From assembly GCA_027371715.1 (NCBI GenBank), contig DAHXMM010000021.1, positions 18,923-82,922 of the forward strand: DNA of 64,000 nucleotides, given 5' to 3'. Numbering within the stretch: the first letter of the stretch is position 1; each line of letters opens with the position of its first letter. Shown here piece after piece: positions 37,359 through 48,147 of the stretch. The notes beneath the pieces are model-generated. The model made no database searches. It was given only the letters and a program-made list of their open reading frames with translations, and was not told where the DNA came from. This DNA comes from Elusimicrobiota bacterium. Its GTDB lineage: Bacteria; Elusimicrobiota; Elusimicrobia; UBA1565; UBA9628. Made by a program: the position numbers and the translations under genes.

Positions 37359-38168
37359 ATGCCTATTCCAACGCTCGACATTCACCTCGAGGTTTTTGAG
37401 GGTCCGCTGGACCTTCTTCTCTTTCTCATCAAGAAAGACGATCTCGACATTCATAATATTCCCCTAGCCCATATCACGCGCGAATATCTCGAATATTTGC
37501 AACTCATGAAAGATCTCAACCTCGATCTCGCCGGCGAATTTTTGGTGATGGCTTCAACCTTAATGCTTCTTAAAGCGAAATCCCTTCTCCCCAAAACCCC
37601 CGCCACAACGGAAGAAGAGTTAAACCTCCAATCCGATTTGACGGAAAAACTTCTCGAATATCAAAAGTTCAAGGCCGCTTCCGAATATTTGGAACTCCGA
37701 GGAGAAGATTTTAAAAATGTTTTCTACCGGGGGACGCCTCATTTCGAGGATTCCGAAAAAACCCTTTCCGTGGGCGTTTTTGACCTTCTCTCGGCGCTTA
37801 AGGAAATTTACGAGAGAGGAGAAAAAGATTCCCGCGAACTTATCGGAGAAGAATTCCCGATTGAAGAAAAAATTGAAAAAATTTCCAGAATGCTCGAAAG
37901 CCGCCCCGCCTTGGCCTGGGAAGATATTTTTAATGACGAGAAAAAACGCCGAGGAATTCTCAGTTGCTTTTTAGCCCTCCTTGAGCTCGTTCGCCTTCAA
38001 AAGGTTTTTATTCGGCAAGATTCAAATTTTGGCAAGATCCTGATCTTCAAAAAAGAGGTTCAAAATGGAAATGGAAACATCTCACCCCTCCCTTCAGACT
38101 CAAACAGAAACATTGGAAGCGAATCTCCCGTCCCAGTCAATGGAAACGGGTTCAATTCCGCAATCTGA
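37359..38168 (+). CDS. scpA: Segregation and condensation protein A
   Basis: FEGPLDLLL, FLALLEL. Confidence 0.93.
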   Translation: MPIPTLDIHLEVFEGPLDLLLFLIKKDDLDIHNIPLAHITREYLEYLQLMKDLNLDLAGEFLVMASTLMLLKAKSLLPKTPATTEEELNLQSDLTEKLLEYQKFKAASEYLELRGEDFKNVFYRGTPHFEDSEKTLSVGVFDLLSALKEIYERGEKDSRELIGEEFPIEEKIEKISRMLESRPALAWEDIFNDEKKRRGILSCFLALLELVRLQKVFIRQDSNFGKILIFKKEVQNGNGNISPLPSDSNRNIGSESPVPVNGNGFNSAI

Positions 38169-38835
38169 AGAGGAAAAAACTTCCTCGGCTAAAATTTCTC
38201 TCCCTTTAATGGGAATGATTGAAACCCTTCTTTTTATCACCGATCGCCCTCTCCCGCTTAAACGCATTGGAGAAATTACCAAGGAAAAAAATATCTCCAA
38301 GCTCGAATCCGCGATTAAAGATTTGGAAGAAAACCTTCAAAGTAGAAATTCCGCCCTCCGGATATTTGAAATTGCGGGCGGTTTTCAAATGGCGACAAGA
38401 ACAGAGTATGCCGCCATTATCCGCAAATTATTCGCCGACAAGATGACTCTCAAACTTTCCAAGGCGGCGCATGAAACTCTTTCCATCATCGCCTATCGTC
38501 AACCTCTCACCCGAGCCGAAATCGAAACCATTCGCGGAGTGGACGTAATCGCGGCACTAGAAACCCTTCTTGAAAAAAAACTTATCCGCGTCGCGGGCCG
38601 GAAAGAAACTATCGGACGGCCCTTAATGTATGAGACAACCGCGGAATTTTTAAAACATTTCGGCCTCAAGAGTTTGGAAGAACTTCCTCCCATTGAACAG
38701 TTTGAAGCTTCTGGAACTCAAGCCGCTCAACCGCCTCTCCGAGAAGAACCCTTGCCGCCGCAGCCTCCCCTCATCGCGGAAGAAACTCCGCAAGTTGAAG
38801 AAACTTTCCCGGAACCACCCACCACGGCAGAATAA
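38065..38835 (+). CDS. scpB: Segregation and condensation protein B
   Basis: ETLSIIAYRQP.TR.EIE.IRGV, GRP..Y.TT..FL..FGL. Confidence 0.93.
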   Translation: MEMETSHPSLQTQTETLEANLPSQSMETGSIPQSEEEKTSSAKISLPLMGMIETLLFITDRPLPLKRIGEITKEKNISKLESAIKDLEENLQSRNSALRIFEIAGGFQMATRTEYAAIIRKLFADKMTLKLSKAAHETLSIIAYRQPLTRAEIETIRGVDVIAALETLLEKKLIRVAGRKETIGRPLMYETTAEFLKHFGLKSLEELPPIEQFEASGTQAAQPPLREEPLPPQPPLIAEETPQVEETFPEPPTTAE

Positions 38836-38837
38836 TC

Positions 38838-40292
38838 ATGAAGGTCTTAATCGCGGCTTCGGAAGCGGTCCCTTTTTCCAAAACCGGCGGCCTGGCCGAT
38901 GTCGCTGGGGCCTTGAGCCAAGCTATCTCTAATCTTGGAAATGAAGTCATTCTCATTTCCCCCAAATATCGCGTGGTTTCTCCACAATGGACGAAAAATG
39001 CGCAAAAAGTTTCTCTTTCCGTTTCTCTGGGGATGTCGGTATTCAATAGCCAAGCATGGATTTTTCAGCGCCAGAAGGTCAAAGTAGTCCTCATTGATTA
39101 TCCCGAGTTTTACGATCGCCCGGGCCTTTACGGAGAAGCCGGCCGAGACTATCCCGACAACGATATTCGTTTCGCTTTTTTTGCCAAGGCCGTTTTAGAA
39201 ACGGCCAAAGCGATCAATTTTAAACCTGATATTATTCACGCCCATGACTGGCAAACCGGTCTTATCGCCGCTTTTCTCAAAAGCCCTCGCTCGGATGATT
39301 TTTTTACCGACTCGAAAACTATTTTTACCATTCACAATCTCGCCTATCAAGGAAATTTTCCGCCGGAAAGCGTTCAAAAATGTGGAATCGATCCCCTCCT
39401 TTTTAATTCCGAGGGACTCGAATTCTACCGCCAAATGAGTTTCATAAAATCAGGACTCATCTTTTCCGACCTTCTCAACACCGTCAGCCCCAGCTATGCG
39501 CGGGAAATCCAGGCTTCTTCTGAAAGAGGATTTGGGTTTGAAGGCCTCCTAAAACATCGGAGTTCCGATCTCCACGGGATTCTTAACGGCTTGGACACGG
39601 AAATCTGGGATCCCGGCAAAGATTTGCTTCTTAAGAAAAATTATTCCGCAGGAAATCACCTTGAAGGAAAAAATTCAGCCAAACAAGACATTTTCCTCAA
39701 AGGGAAGCTCAACATTCCAATTCAAACTCCGCTCATCGGAATTGTCTCGCGGCTAGACCGCCAGAAAGGGCTTGATCTCGCCCTGGAAGCCATCAAAACC
39801 TCTATTGGAAGCATCTCTCTCGCTGTCATTGGGACCGGAGACCCCTCACTCGAAAAAGCTTTTTCGGATTTCGCCAAAGAATTTCCCGAACGCGTTTATT
39901 TTCACCCTCAATTTGACGAAGCCTTCGCCCATCAGGTCTATGCCGGCTCCGATCTATTTCTGATGCCTTCTCGCTTTGAGCCTTGCGGGTTAGGCCAAAT
40001 GATCGCCATGCGCTACGGCTCAATACCCATCGCCAGCCGAACCGGAGGTTTAGCCGACACGGTGTTTGAAAATCCCAAAGACCGACAAAACGGTTTTCTT
40101 TGCGAACCTGGAAACGTCGAAGATTTAAAACGGGCGCTCAGCCGCGCGCTCAAGGCTTATACCACGCCTTCCTGGAAAGAAATCGTTCGCTGTGGAATGC
40201 AGGGAGACTTCTCGTGGGAAAAATCCGCCAAGATCTATATTAAGCTTTACCAATCCGCTCAAAAGATCAGGACCAACATTCAGACTTTCTAA
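38838..40292 (+). CDS. glgA: Glycogen synthase
   Basis: KTGGLADV, HDWQ, PSRFEPCGL. Confidence 0.96.
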   Translation: MKVLIAASEAVPFSKTGGLADVAGALSQAISNLGNEVILISPKYRVVSPQWTKNAQKVSLSVSLGMSVFNSQAWIFQRQKVKVVLIDYPEFYDRPGLYGEAGRDYPDNDIRFAFFAKAVLETAKAINFKPDIIHAHDWQTGLIAAFLKSPRSDDFFTDSKTIFTIHNLAYQGNFPPESVQKCGIDPLLFNSEGLEFYRQMSFIKSGLIFSDLLNTVSPSYAREIQASSERGFGFEGLLKHRSSDLHGILNGLDTEIWDPGKDLLLKKNYSAGNHLEGKNSAKQDIFLKGKLNIPIQTPLIGIVSRLDRQKGLDLALEAIKTSIGSISLAVIGTGDPSLEKAFSDFAKEFPERVYFHPQFDEAFAHQVYAGSDLFLMPSRFEPCGLGQMIAMRYGSIPIASRTGGLADTVFENPKDRQNGFLCEPGNVEDLKRALSRALKAYTTPSWKEIVRCGMQGDFSWEKSAKIYIKLYQSAQKIRTNIQTF

Positions 40293-40299
40293 ATCAATT

Positions 40300-40539
40300 T
40301 CAGCGGGAAACAGATTTTAGTTTTTCTCTCAAATGGTTTTTAGCTCTAGGCGGAGTCGAGACATTCACCTTAAGAGAACCTAAAATTCCCACGGTTTTTC
40401 TGATGGTCTTAAAAAGAGCGACGCAAGGTTTACATTCTTTCAGGTGAGATGTAATTTTAGAGAGAGTCTTAAAATCCAAGCTTCCATCAATATAATCAGA
40501 CATCTTCCGGGAAAGATTCTTACAGTGGGGGTCTTTCAT
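40300..40539 (-). CDS. Zinc-finger (zf-HC2) anti-sigma factor
   Basis: C...Y.DG.L...HLKECKPC; overlaps ECF sigma. Confidence 0.85.
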   Translation of the reverse strand: MKDPHCKNLSRKMSDYIDGSLDFKTLSKITSHLKECKPCVALFKTIRKTVGILGSLKVNVSTPPRAKNHLREKLKSVSR

Positions 40540-41117
40540 CTGACTTTCTCTTTAAACTCAATCTCAAAACGCTCCCGCAGAAACATTCGTCCACGATGAA
40601 GACGGGATTTAACCGCAGGGACGCTCAGCTTTAAAATTTTTGCGGTTTCTTCGGCTGAGAGGCCTTCGATATCCCGCAGAGTCAGAACAAGACGATAGTC
40701 CGCCGGAAGATCCGACAAGGCCTTGGCCACCGCCTGTTGCAATTCTTTCTTTCGCGAAATTTCCTCGGGGTTTGGAAACCAGTCTTTAAACTCCCAGGAC
40801 CCGCCTTCTTCATCCGGACGCCTGCGTTCCAAAAAAGAAACCACGGGTTCTCGTTTTTTCTTACGGAAGCGAACCCAGCAGAGATTTGCCGCGATGCGGT
40901 AAAGCCAGGTCCCTAAATTCGAGCGGTTCTTAAATCCTTTAATATTTTTGAACGCCGAGAGAAAAGTTTCCTGATAGACGTCTTCCGCATCCGAAGGCAT
41001 GCCGACACAAACATGATGGGCCAGACTAAAAATTTTATTTTCGTAATTACGAATGAGTTGGGAAAAAGCCTCCACGTCCCCAGCTTTACTTTTCTCGATA
41101 AGCTCCGCTTCTTTCAT
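40536..41117 (-). CDS. ECF RNA polymerase sigma factor
   Basis: AEDVYQETF, TWLYRIA.N, VKSRLHRGR. Confidence 0.93.
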   Translation of the reverse strand: MKEAELIEKSKAGDVEAFSQLIRNYENKIFSLAHHVCVGMPSDAEDVYQETFLSAFKNIKGFKNRSNLGTWLYRIAANLCWVRFRKKKREPVVSFLERRRPDEEGGSWEFKDWFPNPEEISRKKELQQAVAKALSDLPADYRLVLTLRDIEGLSAEETAKILKLSVPAVKSRLHRGRMFLRERFEIEFKEKVR

Positions 41118-41131
41118 GAGGAAGAGAAATC

Positions 41132-42319
41132 CTAGGCTTTCACCGAAGAAGGGCCTGGGAAATTCTTCAACAAATGGCGAGAAATGACTAACTGTTGAAT
41201 TTGAGAAGAACCTTCCCCAATTTGATAGAGCTTGGAGTCTCTAAAAAATCGCTGGACAGGACATTCAAGGGAAGACGCCTCGGGACCAATGAGATCTAAA
41301 ATTTCGCTGGTCGCCCGAACCGCCAAATCTCCGCTAATGAGCTTTGCCATCGAAGCTTCTTGAGAGTAAGGGCGTTTTTGATCCATCAAAAACGCGGCCC
41401 TATAGGTTAAAAGCCGGGCGGCATCCACCTCAGAAGCGATTTGAGCGAGAACTCTCTGGGCGTAGGTCAACCCTGGGTTTTCAGGCAAAATCCCGTAATC
41501 CGCTTGCCGTTCCCTAACCCAGCGAATTCCCTCTTCCAAAGCCGCGCGGGCAATACCGACCGAAATTGCCGAAATGGCGACGCGACCGCCGTCCAAGACA
41601 ACCATCGCGTCCCGGAAAGCGCGGCCCGCTTTACCGATGAGCGCATCCTTGGGGAGTTTCAAATTGTGAAGATGTAGTTGCGCCGTGTCAGAAGACCTCA
41701 ACCCCATTTTTTTCTCAATTTTTCCGATATTAAGCCCGGGCGTTCCTTTCTCCACGACAAAAGCGCTTAAACCTTCCCGCCCATTTTCGGTAAATTCAGC
41801 GGAGGTCTTGGCAAAAATGACATAAATTCCGGCCACCGAACCTTGAGTGGTAAAGGTTTTAGAACCGTTGAGAATCCAATGGGTTCCGTCAAATTCAGCC
41901 CGGGTTTGAATGGAGGCGGCGTCCGAGCCCGCGCCCGGCTCAGTCAACGCCCAGGCCCCTAGGTCTTGCCCCGAGGCCAAGCGTGGAATATAACGCTGAC
42001 GCTGTTCTTCGCTTCCGTGAAGGTAAATTTGGCTCGAACAAAGTCCATTGTGAGACTCAATCGTCAAAGCAATCGAAGCGTCCACCCGGCCCAATTCCTC
42101 TAAAATCACGCAAAGACCTAATTCATCTTCTCCAAGCCCGCCATACTTCTTAGAGAACGGAATCCCCAAAAGACCCATTTCCTTAAGGAAAGGAACTGCT
42201 TCCCAGGAAAATTCTTCTTTTTGGTCTCGTTCTTTGGCTTTAGGGGCGAGCTTTTGATCGCAAAAATCTCGCATCCGCTCTTGAAGCCCCAGATGGCGGG
42301 GGGTTAAATTAAAATCCAT
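41132..42319 (-). CDS. Acyl-CoA dehydrogenase
   Basis: ALTEPGAGSD, KMGLRSS, IGEGSSQIQ. Confidence 0.93.
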   Translation of the reverse strand: MDFNLTPRHLGLQERMRDFCDQKLAPKAKERDQKEEFSWEAVPFLKEMGLLGIPFSKKYGGLGEDELGLCVILEELGRVDASIALTIESHNGLCSSQIYLHGSEEQRQRYIPRLASGQDLGAWALTEPGAGSDAASIQTRAEFDGTHWILNGSKTFTTQGSVAGIYVIFAKTSAEFTENGREGLSAFVVEKGTPGLNIGKIEKKMGLRSSDTAQLHLHNLKLPKDALIGKAGRAFRDAMVVLDGGRVAISAISVGIARAALEEGIRWVRERQADYGILPENPGLTYAQRVLAQIASEVDAARLLTYRAAFLMDQKRPYSQEASMAKLISGDLAVRATSEILDLIGPEASSLECPVQRFFRDSKLYQIGEGSSQIQQLVISRHLLKNFPGPSSVKA

Positions 42320-42328
42320 ATTTTAATT

Positions 42329-43231
42329 CTACAAGTTTTTAATCGGCGATTTTTCCAAAGCCGCGAAATAGACTCCGGCTAAAATAAAGGCGCCGCCCAA
42401 GGAACTCCCCCAGTTGAGGCCTTCTCCCAAAAGAAAAACCCCTAAAAGAGCCCCTAAGAGGGGTTGAACAAAAATAAAATTAGCCAGGATGGAAGCCGAA
42501 ACCCGTTCCATCGCGAGATTCCAGGTGAGAACTCCCAAGAAAGAAACTCCCAACGATAAATAAAGGAGGGGCACAAGGCCCGTCTTGAGAAAATTAAATT
42601 TAACAACCGGCAGATGAAATATCCCTGCGCAAAAAAGAAGCGGAAAAACGGCGACCATAGAGGTTAGAGCGGTTAAGCTCAAGGCATCCATCTTTTTAAG
42701 AAGGGGTTTGCCGAGAATAGTATACAATGCGAACAAAATGCCTTGAACGCACAAGAAACCGTCTCCTAAGTAGGAACCATGGGGAGACTGAAACAGAAAA
42801 GCGAGGGAATGTCCTTGAGCGACAATTAAAAAAGATCCCGTTAAACTCAACACTAGGGCGAAAATTTTTAAAACCGATAACTTTTCATCTAGGAATATAG
42901 CCGATAAGAAAATAATGGCCATCGGTTCTAAAGCCATGAGTAGAGCGGCATGAGTCGCGCTGGAAAGTTTTTGTCCCCACGCTCCCGCCCACAAGGGCAT
43001 GTCGTAACCAATGACGGCGATTAGAGAAATCCGGACCCCCTCGCCAAAGCCCAAATTATTCTTTTTGAAAAACCGAATACAAAAAGGAAGAAAAAAAGGC
43101 CCCGCCAGCACAACCCTCCAAAACACCACCGCAAAAGGTGAAAGATTTTTTAAAGCGTAGGATGTAGCGACAAAGGAAGCCCCTCCCAGAATATTGGTCA
43201 GAAGAAGTAAAAAAAACGAACTGACGCTCAT
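42329..43231 (-). CDS. EamA/DMT family transporter
   Basis: About ten hydrophobic segments in two repeats; LLGE motif. Confidence 0.85.
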   Translation of the reverse strand: MSVSSFFLLLLTNILGGASFVATSYALKNLSPFAVVFWRVVLAGPFFLPFCIRFFKKNNLGFGEGVRISLIAVIGYDMPLWAGAWGQKLSSATHAALLMALEPMAIIFLSAIFLDEKLSVLKIFALVLSLTGSFLIVAQGHSLAFLFQSPHGSYLGDGFLCVQGILFALYTILGKPLLKKMDALSLTALTSMVAVFPLLFCAGIFHLPVVKFNFLKTGLVPLLYLSLGVSFLGVLTWNLAMERVSASILANFIFVQPLLGALLGVFLLGEGLNWGSSLGGAFILAGVYFAALEKSPIKNL

Positions 43232-43240
43232 CTTAATTTC

Positions 43241-45514
43241 TTAAGGCAAACGAGGAGTGGGAGGAAGCTCGACGCCGTGCGCCTTGGCGGATGCGCGAAT
43301 CACTTCCTCATGGAGAATGCGCCCGTCTTGATCCATGGCGTTCAAAAGCACATGGGCCATGGCCGAAGGGATATCGGGCATATATCCAAAAAGAACTGGA
43401 ATCACAAGTTCTTCCGCCAAGGCCGTGCCCTCTTTTTCGCCCAAACGCTCGCTTAAGGCTTTTCTTAAATTCCAGGCAAATCCACTCCAGGCCAGGCCTT
43501 GTTCATGGACCTCATCTTGAGGATTCAATCGATAATTATTTTCTCCGCTTCGAATCCAGCTGGGATTTTGCTTTTTATAGAATCCTTCTCCGATCAAAGG
43601 GGTGTCCAACATAAACATCGACACAATATCTCCCCAGCCCTCGTTTAAGCCTTCGTCCGAACGCATTCCCACAGGATGGTCTAAAACGGGAAGTTTATAA
43701 GAATACGAGAAATAAGCCCGCGCGCGCTTAAAAAGGTTCATGAAAAAACCAGTCGGCGGATTATGGATCATATCGTCCGCCTTATGCGTCATTTCGTGGA
43801 AAAAAACTCCGATTCGCCCCGTATCGGAATATTCTTCGTTTTCGCGATCGGAATGAATGTCGCCGCTCTCAGGGCTGTACCAAGCGTTTCCAAACTCGGA
43901 GGAATTCACCCGAATCGTAGTCCGATAATCCAGGCGATGATCAAAGTTTAAGAGCTTTCGCAACCAAGCCCGATGACGCGAATCGGCTACATAAGCGTTG
44001 ACCTGGTTGACGATGAATGGGTCTGCTCCCTCGGGATTAAAAACTACTGCATTTCCTGCTCCCGGGCGAAGCGTTCCATTAATTTCGACCGGATTTCCAC
44101 TTTCATCAATCACCTCGGTAAAAAGACCTGATAATTTCGCCTTGACGGTTCCCTGCGGAAGTTTAAGATCGGCGGAAAAACGCCCATTCTCATCGGTGGT
44201 ATAATTGCGGCCATCAATCGTCAGATGAAGAAACGGAAGGGGTTGGGGCGACAAGAGAATTTCCCCATTGGGACGATGGTCCGTCGATTCCGCGCGCGCC
44301 AGCGCCTGACCCTCGACCTTGGACGTTTCTCCTCGCAAATTTAAAGCTAAAGGATTCCGGCTTACAGTAGCGGAAATTTTATGAGCGCTTTCTATTAAAC
44401 CCGACGGCAAACCCAAGGAACTAGCTCCTTGATTGTTCCAAATAAACACCTCTCCATTGAATAGATCAGCCGCGAGGGCGACGGGAAGACCTTTCTTACG
44501 GTAAAGATTGACGGCGCGCCAATGACCTCGGTATTCGATAACGGCTCTCCCTAAAAAACGAATCAAGGTTTCGGAAGAATCCGCGTATCGCGCCCGGACC
44601 GCCTCATTTAAGTCCGTATCGCTTAAAACCGGCTTTTTTGGAAGAGAGACTTCATCGTAGAGGTTCGAGCGAAGAGAAACAAGAAATGCTCTTCCCTTAA
44701 CAACCTTGATCGTAGCCGCCGCATAAGCTCCCCAAACAGGCAAGGACATCGCGTTTCCAATATGGCTAAGAACGTCTTTCTTTTGGCGAAAATAGGCGTA
44801 AATAGTATCAGTCCGATGGGGGCCTCCGGAAACCGCCGTCACATAGACCGTAGCCAAATCCGAGCTTGAAAGCCCAAAGTCCCCCTTGTGAAGATCTATT
44901 TTCGCGCGCAAAATTTTTTCAATAGAAAATTCATCACTTGGGTTGACATGAAGTTCAAGAGAGCGGGAAAGAAACCCATCTTTATCCCCCTCTTCTTCCA
45001 GTAAATTCCGGCGTGGAGCCGCCCCTGGGGCAAATACAATCTCCGGAGAGCCTTCTTCTGAAGAATCCGAAGGCACATCGAGAGTTTTAGGGAAATTTTG
45101 AGGCAACAGGTTTCCAGAAAAACTTTGCCCATCGAACAAACCAGAAAAAGGGACTGTCCCTTTGTTTAAGAAGGAATTCTTCCCTTTCTTATTCCGTGAG
45201 AAAAATTTTTTAATTTTAAGCGCCCATGGTTTAATTTTTTTAATAGGCTTCTGGAAAAAACGAGGCAACTCAGTTTTTTCTTCTTTTGACAAAAGACGAG
45301 GAACAAGATTTTGAGACGAAAGAGCTTTAATTTCGTCTAAATTCGGTAAATTGACCTCCGGCTCTAATAAAGAGGGACTAGAAATAGTATCTGGAGGCAC
45401 GACTTGAGGGGGAGAGGCAAAGTCTTTAAAAACCTCCGCCGCATGAGAGGGGGGAAAACTCAGTAAAAGAAAAAAAGAAAGCGCAAGGGTTTTCCCTTGC
45501 GCTTTCCTATCCAC
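43241..45514 (-). CDS. Secreted zinc metallopeptidase (M4/M36-like gluzincin), paralog 1
   Basis: Signal peptide; NAWY; HEMTH; LNEGWGD; EVH..G. Confidence 0.75.
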   Translation of the reverse strand: MDRKAQGKTLALSFFLLLSFPPSHAAEVFKDFASPPQVVPPDTISSPSLLEPEVNLPNLDEIKALSSQNLVPRLLSKEEKTELPRFFQKPIKKIKPWALKIKKFFSRNKKGKNSFLNKGTVPFSGLFDGQSFSGNLLPQNFPKTLDVPSDSSEEGSPEIVFAPGAAPRRNLLEEEGDKDGFLSRSLELHVNPSDEFSIEKILRAKIDLHKGDFGLSSSDLATVYVTAVSGGPHRTDTIYAYFRQKKDVLSHIGNAMSLPVWGAYAAATIKVVKGRAFLVSLRSNLYDEVSLPKKPVLSDTDLNEAVRARYADSSETLIRFLGRAVIEYRGHWRAVNLYRKKGLPVALAADLFNGEVFIWNNQGASSLGLPSGLIESAHKISATVSRNPLALNLRGETSKVEGQALARAESTDHRPNGEILLSPQPLPFLHLTIDGRNYTTDENGRFSADLKLPQGTVKAKLSGLFTEVIDESGNPVEINGTLRPGAGNAVVFNPEGADPFIVNQVNAYVADSRHRAWLRKLLNFDHRLDYRTTIRVNSSEFGNAWYSPESGDIHSDRENEEYSDTGRIGVFFHEMTHKADDMIHNPPTGFFMNLFKRARAYFSYSYKLPVLDHPVGMRSDEGLNEGWGDIVSMFMLDTPLIGEGFYKKQNPSWIRSGENNYRLNPQDEVHEQGLAWSGFAWNLRKALSERLGEKEGTALAEELVIPVLFGYMPDIPSAMAHVLLNAMDQDGRILHEEVIRASAKAHGVELPPTPRLP

Positions 45515-45545
45515 CGTCTTTATTTCCTTATTATCTTATATTCGA

Positions 45546-48035
45546 TTAAGCCGAAGGAGCTTGACCTTGCGATTGCGATTCCGGAATCGTCATCCCGTGT
45601 TTGGCGGCGGCCTGTTGCAAAGTTTTCATCGCCGTCGATTGAACCGCGGCATCGGTCAACGATTTGGCGGCCAGGTAAATGACGCTTAAGGCCGCCGGAA
45701 CATCGGCGGAGTTCGCGTAGCCATAGATATGCGGAAAGATAAGACCCTGGATTAAAGACAACGCCTTATCTTTGCCTAAAGCGTCTCCCAGAAGAGAATG
45801 CCAAGCCCCGCCATATCCAACAGTTCCCATAAAAGCCAGCCCCTGCCGATGAACCTCGTCTCCAGGGTTGAACTGATAATTATTCGTCGTCTCGCGTAAA
45901 GCGCCGCCAGGAACGTTGGGAAGAGGAGATTGAGATGGATCATTAAAGAAATGTTCTCCAATTAAAGGAGTCGACAGGATGTGGGTGGCAAACATATCGC
46001 CGATGCCTTCCCCTAAACCCGGATCCACCGAAGCCATGGCGTTAAGACCCAAGTGGGCATAGCTGGCCACCAAAGCATGGGTCCAATGACCGCTTTCATG
46101 AAAACCGACTCCAGGAAGGGTCCCGGTATTGATGCACTGCGCGCTGGACAAAAAGAAATTGAGCGTATTTGAAGACGGATCATAATAGGCGTTGCATTCA
46201 TCCGCGATATTCACGTTGATAGTCAATTTCTGTTTGAGTAAGCCGTCTTTTTCGCCAACGCCGTGGGCCATGGCCCAATTGATAAAAGTATAGTGGCTAT
46301 AATAAGCGGTCACCTGCGCCAATTCTTTCTCCGACTCGGCCCGAGCTTGACTCTCGGCGTCTTCTTGGGCGCGATAAGAAGGAGAGAAAAAATGTTTAAA
46401 AGTTCGGACAATTTTTCCCCACAGAGTTGGTTTTGGGGCGGGCGTGGTAGGACCGGTCACACTGGTCGGCGGATTAAAAACAACCACGACGCCGTCTTTC
46501 CCTTGAACGAGGCTTGCCTTGACCACCAAAGCCTCGCCCGCTTCATTATTAATTACGACATGATCGCTTTCAAGTTTCGCGGTTACGTCCATCGGTTGGC
46601 CGTTGGCCAGATCAACATTGACCCGCCCCTGATCATCAGCATTAACTTCACGGCCGTCCGGAAGAGTGACCGTCACTCCCGGCAAAGGCAACTGATGAAG
46701 AGTGGGAGGAGTTCCCATATCGTTATCGGAAGTCGGAACGCGGGCTTCAAACTGCGCCGAAGACGAAACGCCAGCCGGAGGCCCGGTCGTAGGAGACGCC
46801 GCGCCTAAGCGCATATCCCACAAGAAGGTCTGTCCTGTTGAAATATCGGCCGCAACCAACGCATCAATGCCTTCTACTTTGTAGAGGCTAATCGCATGCC
46901 AAGCCCCGCCTTTTCCGGAAGAAGACGGAACATAGAAAATTTGCCGATCGCGGAATGAAATTTTGGCCGATTCATCATTTTGAAGTTTGAGCCGATTTTT
47001 GATTTTACTTTCCAAAACCGCGTCGTTGAACTTGGAAGAAACATCCACTTTGAGTTTGGGAAAAAGCCGCCCATGGACGCCGACAATGACCGGCTTCCCG
47101 TTTTTGACGTGGATCGTAAAATTAAGAGAAGCGCCGTAAACCGGAAGCGGGTTTGATTTTCCATCCGTATATTGTTGATGGAAAGAGGCGTACCAGGTCG
47201 GAAGTTGCCCGGGAACTTCCGTCAAATGAAGCTGGGAAGTTCCTAAGTCCGAGCTTCTGACCTTATATTGTGGATTGGAATCAATCGCCTCGCGCAACGC
47301 GCGCTCGATACCACCGGCGCTTTGCGGATTAGCCGCAAGCGGAACGTCCACCAAGCGATCGAAAACTTGAACCCCCGGAGCGGCAACTTCGGCGGCGGGC
47401 TCTTCGGTCGTGGAAACGACGTTTAAAGACTGATGAAATTCCGGTTGTTCTCGAAAATCCGGGATAATGGGGCCGGCATCGGTTTTAACCCCTTTGGGGA
47501 GTTTAAGTTTTGGAAGCGGGCGAATGGACGGGGCGAAAGCGGAGAGCCCGAGAGCGGACAAGCGCGATTGGCGCTTAGACCCGTCAAAAAACCGCGCGCC
47601 GATTTTTTTCAGATGAGAGCCAATGAAGGCGGCGAGATGGCTTAAGGATTTCGCCTTCGCAACCTGTTCAGGGCGCGCGATAACGGAGGCATTGGCGGGC
47701 GATAAATTTTGTCCTACTGGTTTGGCATTAGAACCAGAAACGCCTTGAGACGCCTCCGTATCCCGGAATTTAGGGACAGTCCCCAACTGAATCGCGCCAA
47801 GAGAATCTTCAAATTGCAGAGATTCTTCCATGCCCTCGGCCGGCAAGGAAAAAGCGTTTTCTTGAGCATCCATCCCTAAAGGAAGATTCGACAAGTGAAT
47901 GGGAAGGACCTCTCTCCCGGAATTTCCCGTCTCAATCATGCCTCCAGCCCAAACGGGCCCAAAACCGGAAGAAACCAGAACGCTGAGCGAAAGCAAACCG
48001 CTGATTATTTTTTTATTCATAAACTCCTCATTCAT
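45546..48035 (-). CDS. Secreted zinc metallopeptidase (M4/M36-like), paralog 2
   Basis: CNAYY; HESGH; LGEGIGD; EVH..G; start 48035 or 48020 (SD present; -10 box at 48061-48066). Confidence 0.78.
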   Translation of the reverse strand: MNEEFMNKKIISGLLSLSVLVSSGFGPVWAGGMIETGNSGREVLPIHLSNLPLGMDAQENAFSLPAEGMEESLQFEDSLGAIQLGTVPKFRDTEASQGVSGSNAKPVGQNLSPANASVIARPEQVAKAKSLSHLAAFIGSHLKKIGARFFDGSKRQSRLSALGLSAFAPSIRPLPKLKLPKGVKTDAGPIIPDFREQPEFHQSLNVVSTTEEPAAEVAAPGVQVFDRLVDVPLAANPQSAGGIERALREAIDSNPQYKVRSSDLGTSQLHLTEVPGQLPTWYASFHQQYTDGKSNPLPVYGASLNFTIHVKNGKPVIVGVHGRLFPKLKVDVSSKFNDAVLESKIKNRLKLQNDESAKISFRDRQIFYVPSSSGKGGAWHAISLYKVEGIDALVAADISTGQTFLWDMRLGAASPTTGPPAGVSSSAQFEARVPTSDNDMGTPPTLHQLPLPGVTVTLPDGREVNADDQGRVNVDLANGQPMDVTAKLESDHVVINNEAGEALVVKASLVQGKDGVVVVFNPPTSVTGPTTPAPKPTLWGKIVRTFKHFFSPSYRAQEDAESQARAESEKELAQVTAYYSHYTFINWAMAHGVGEKDGLLKQKLTINVNIADECNAYYDPSSNTLNFFLSSAQCINTGTLPGVGFHESGHWTHALVASYAHLGLNAMASVDPGLGEGIGDMFATHILSTPLIGEHFFNDPSQSPLPNVPGGALRETTNNYQFNPGDEVHRQGLAFMGTVGYGGAWHSLLGDALGKDKALSLIQGLIFPHIYGYANSADVPAALSVIYLAAKSLTDAAVQSTAMKTLQQAAAKHGMTIPESQSQGQAPSA

Positions 48036-48087
48036 TTTACGATCCTCACCTGCCTTCTTTATTTTATCCATTGATTCATCAATCCGT

Positions 48088-48133
48088 ATGGGTCTAAAGG
48101 CCTAGAGAGTTTCCGGCAAAAGACCCAGGTCTC
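48088..48133 (-). promoter_or_regulatory. Conserved 46-bp upstream motif, copy 1
   Basis: 37/46 identical to 50677-50722; 21 nt from -10 box TAAAAT. Confidence 0.65.
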
Positions 48134-48147
48134 AAACTCCACAAACC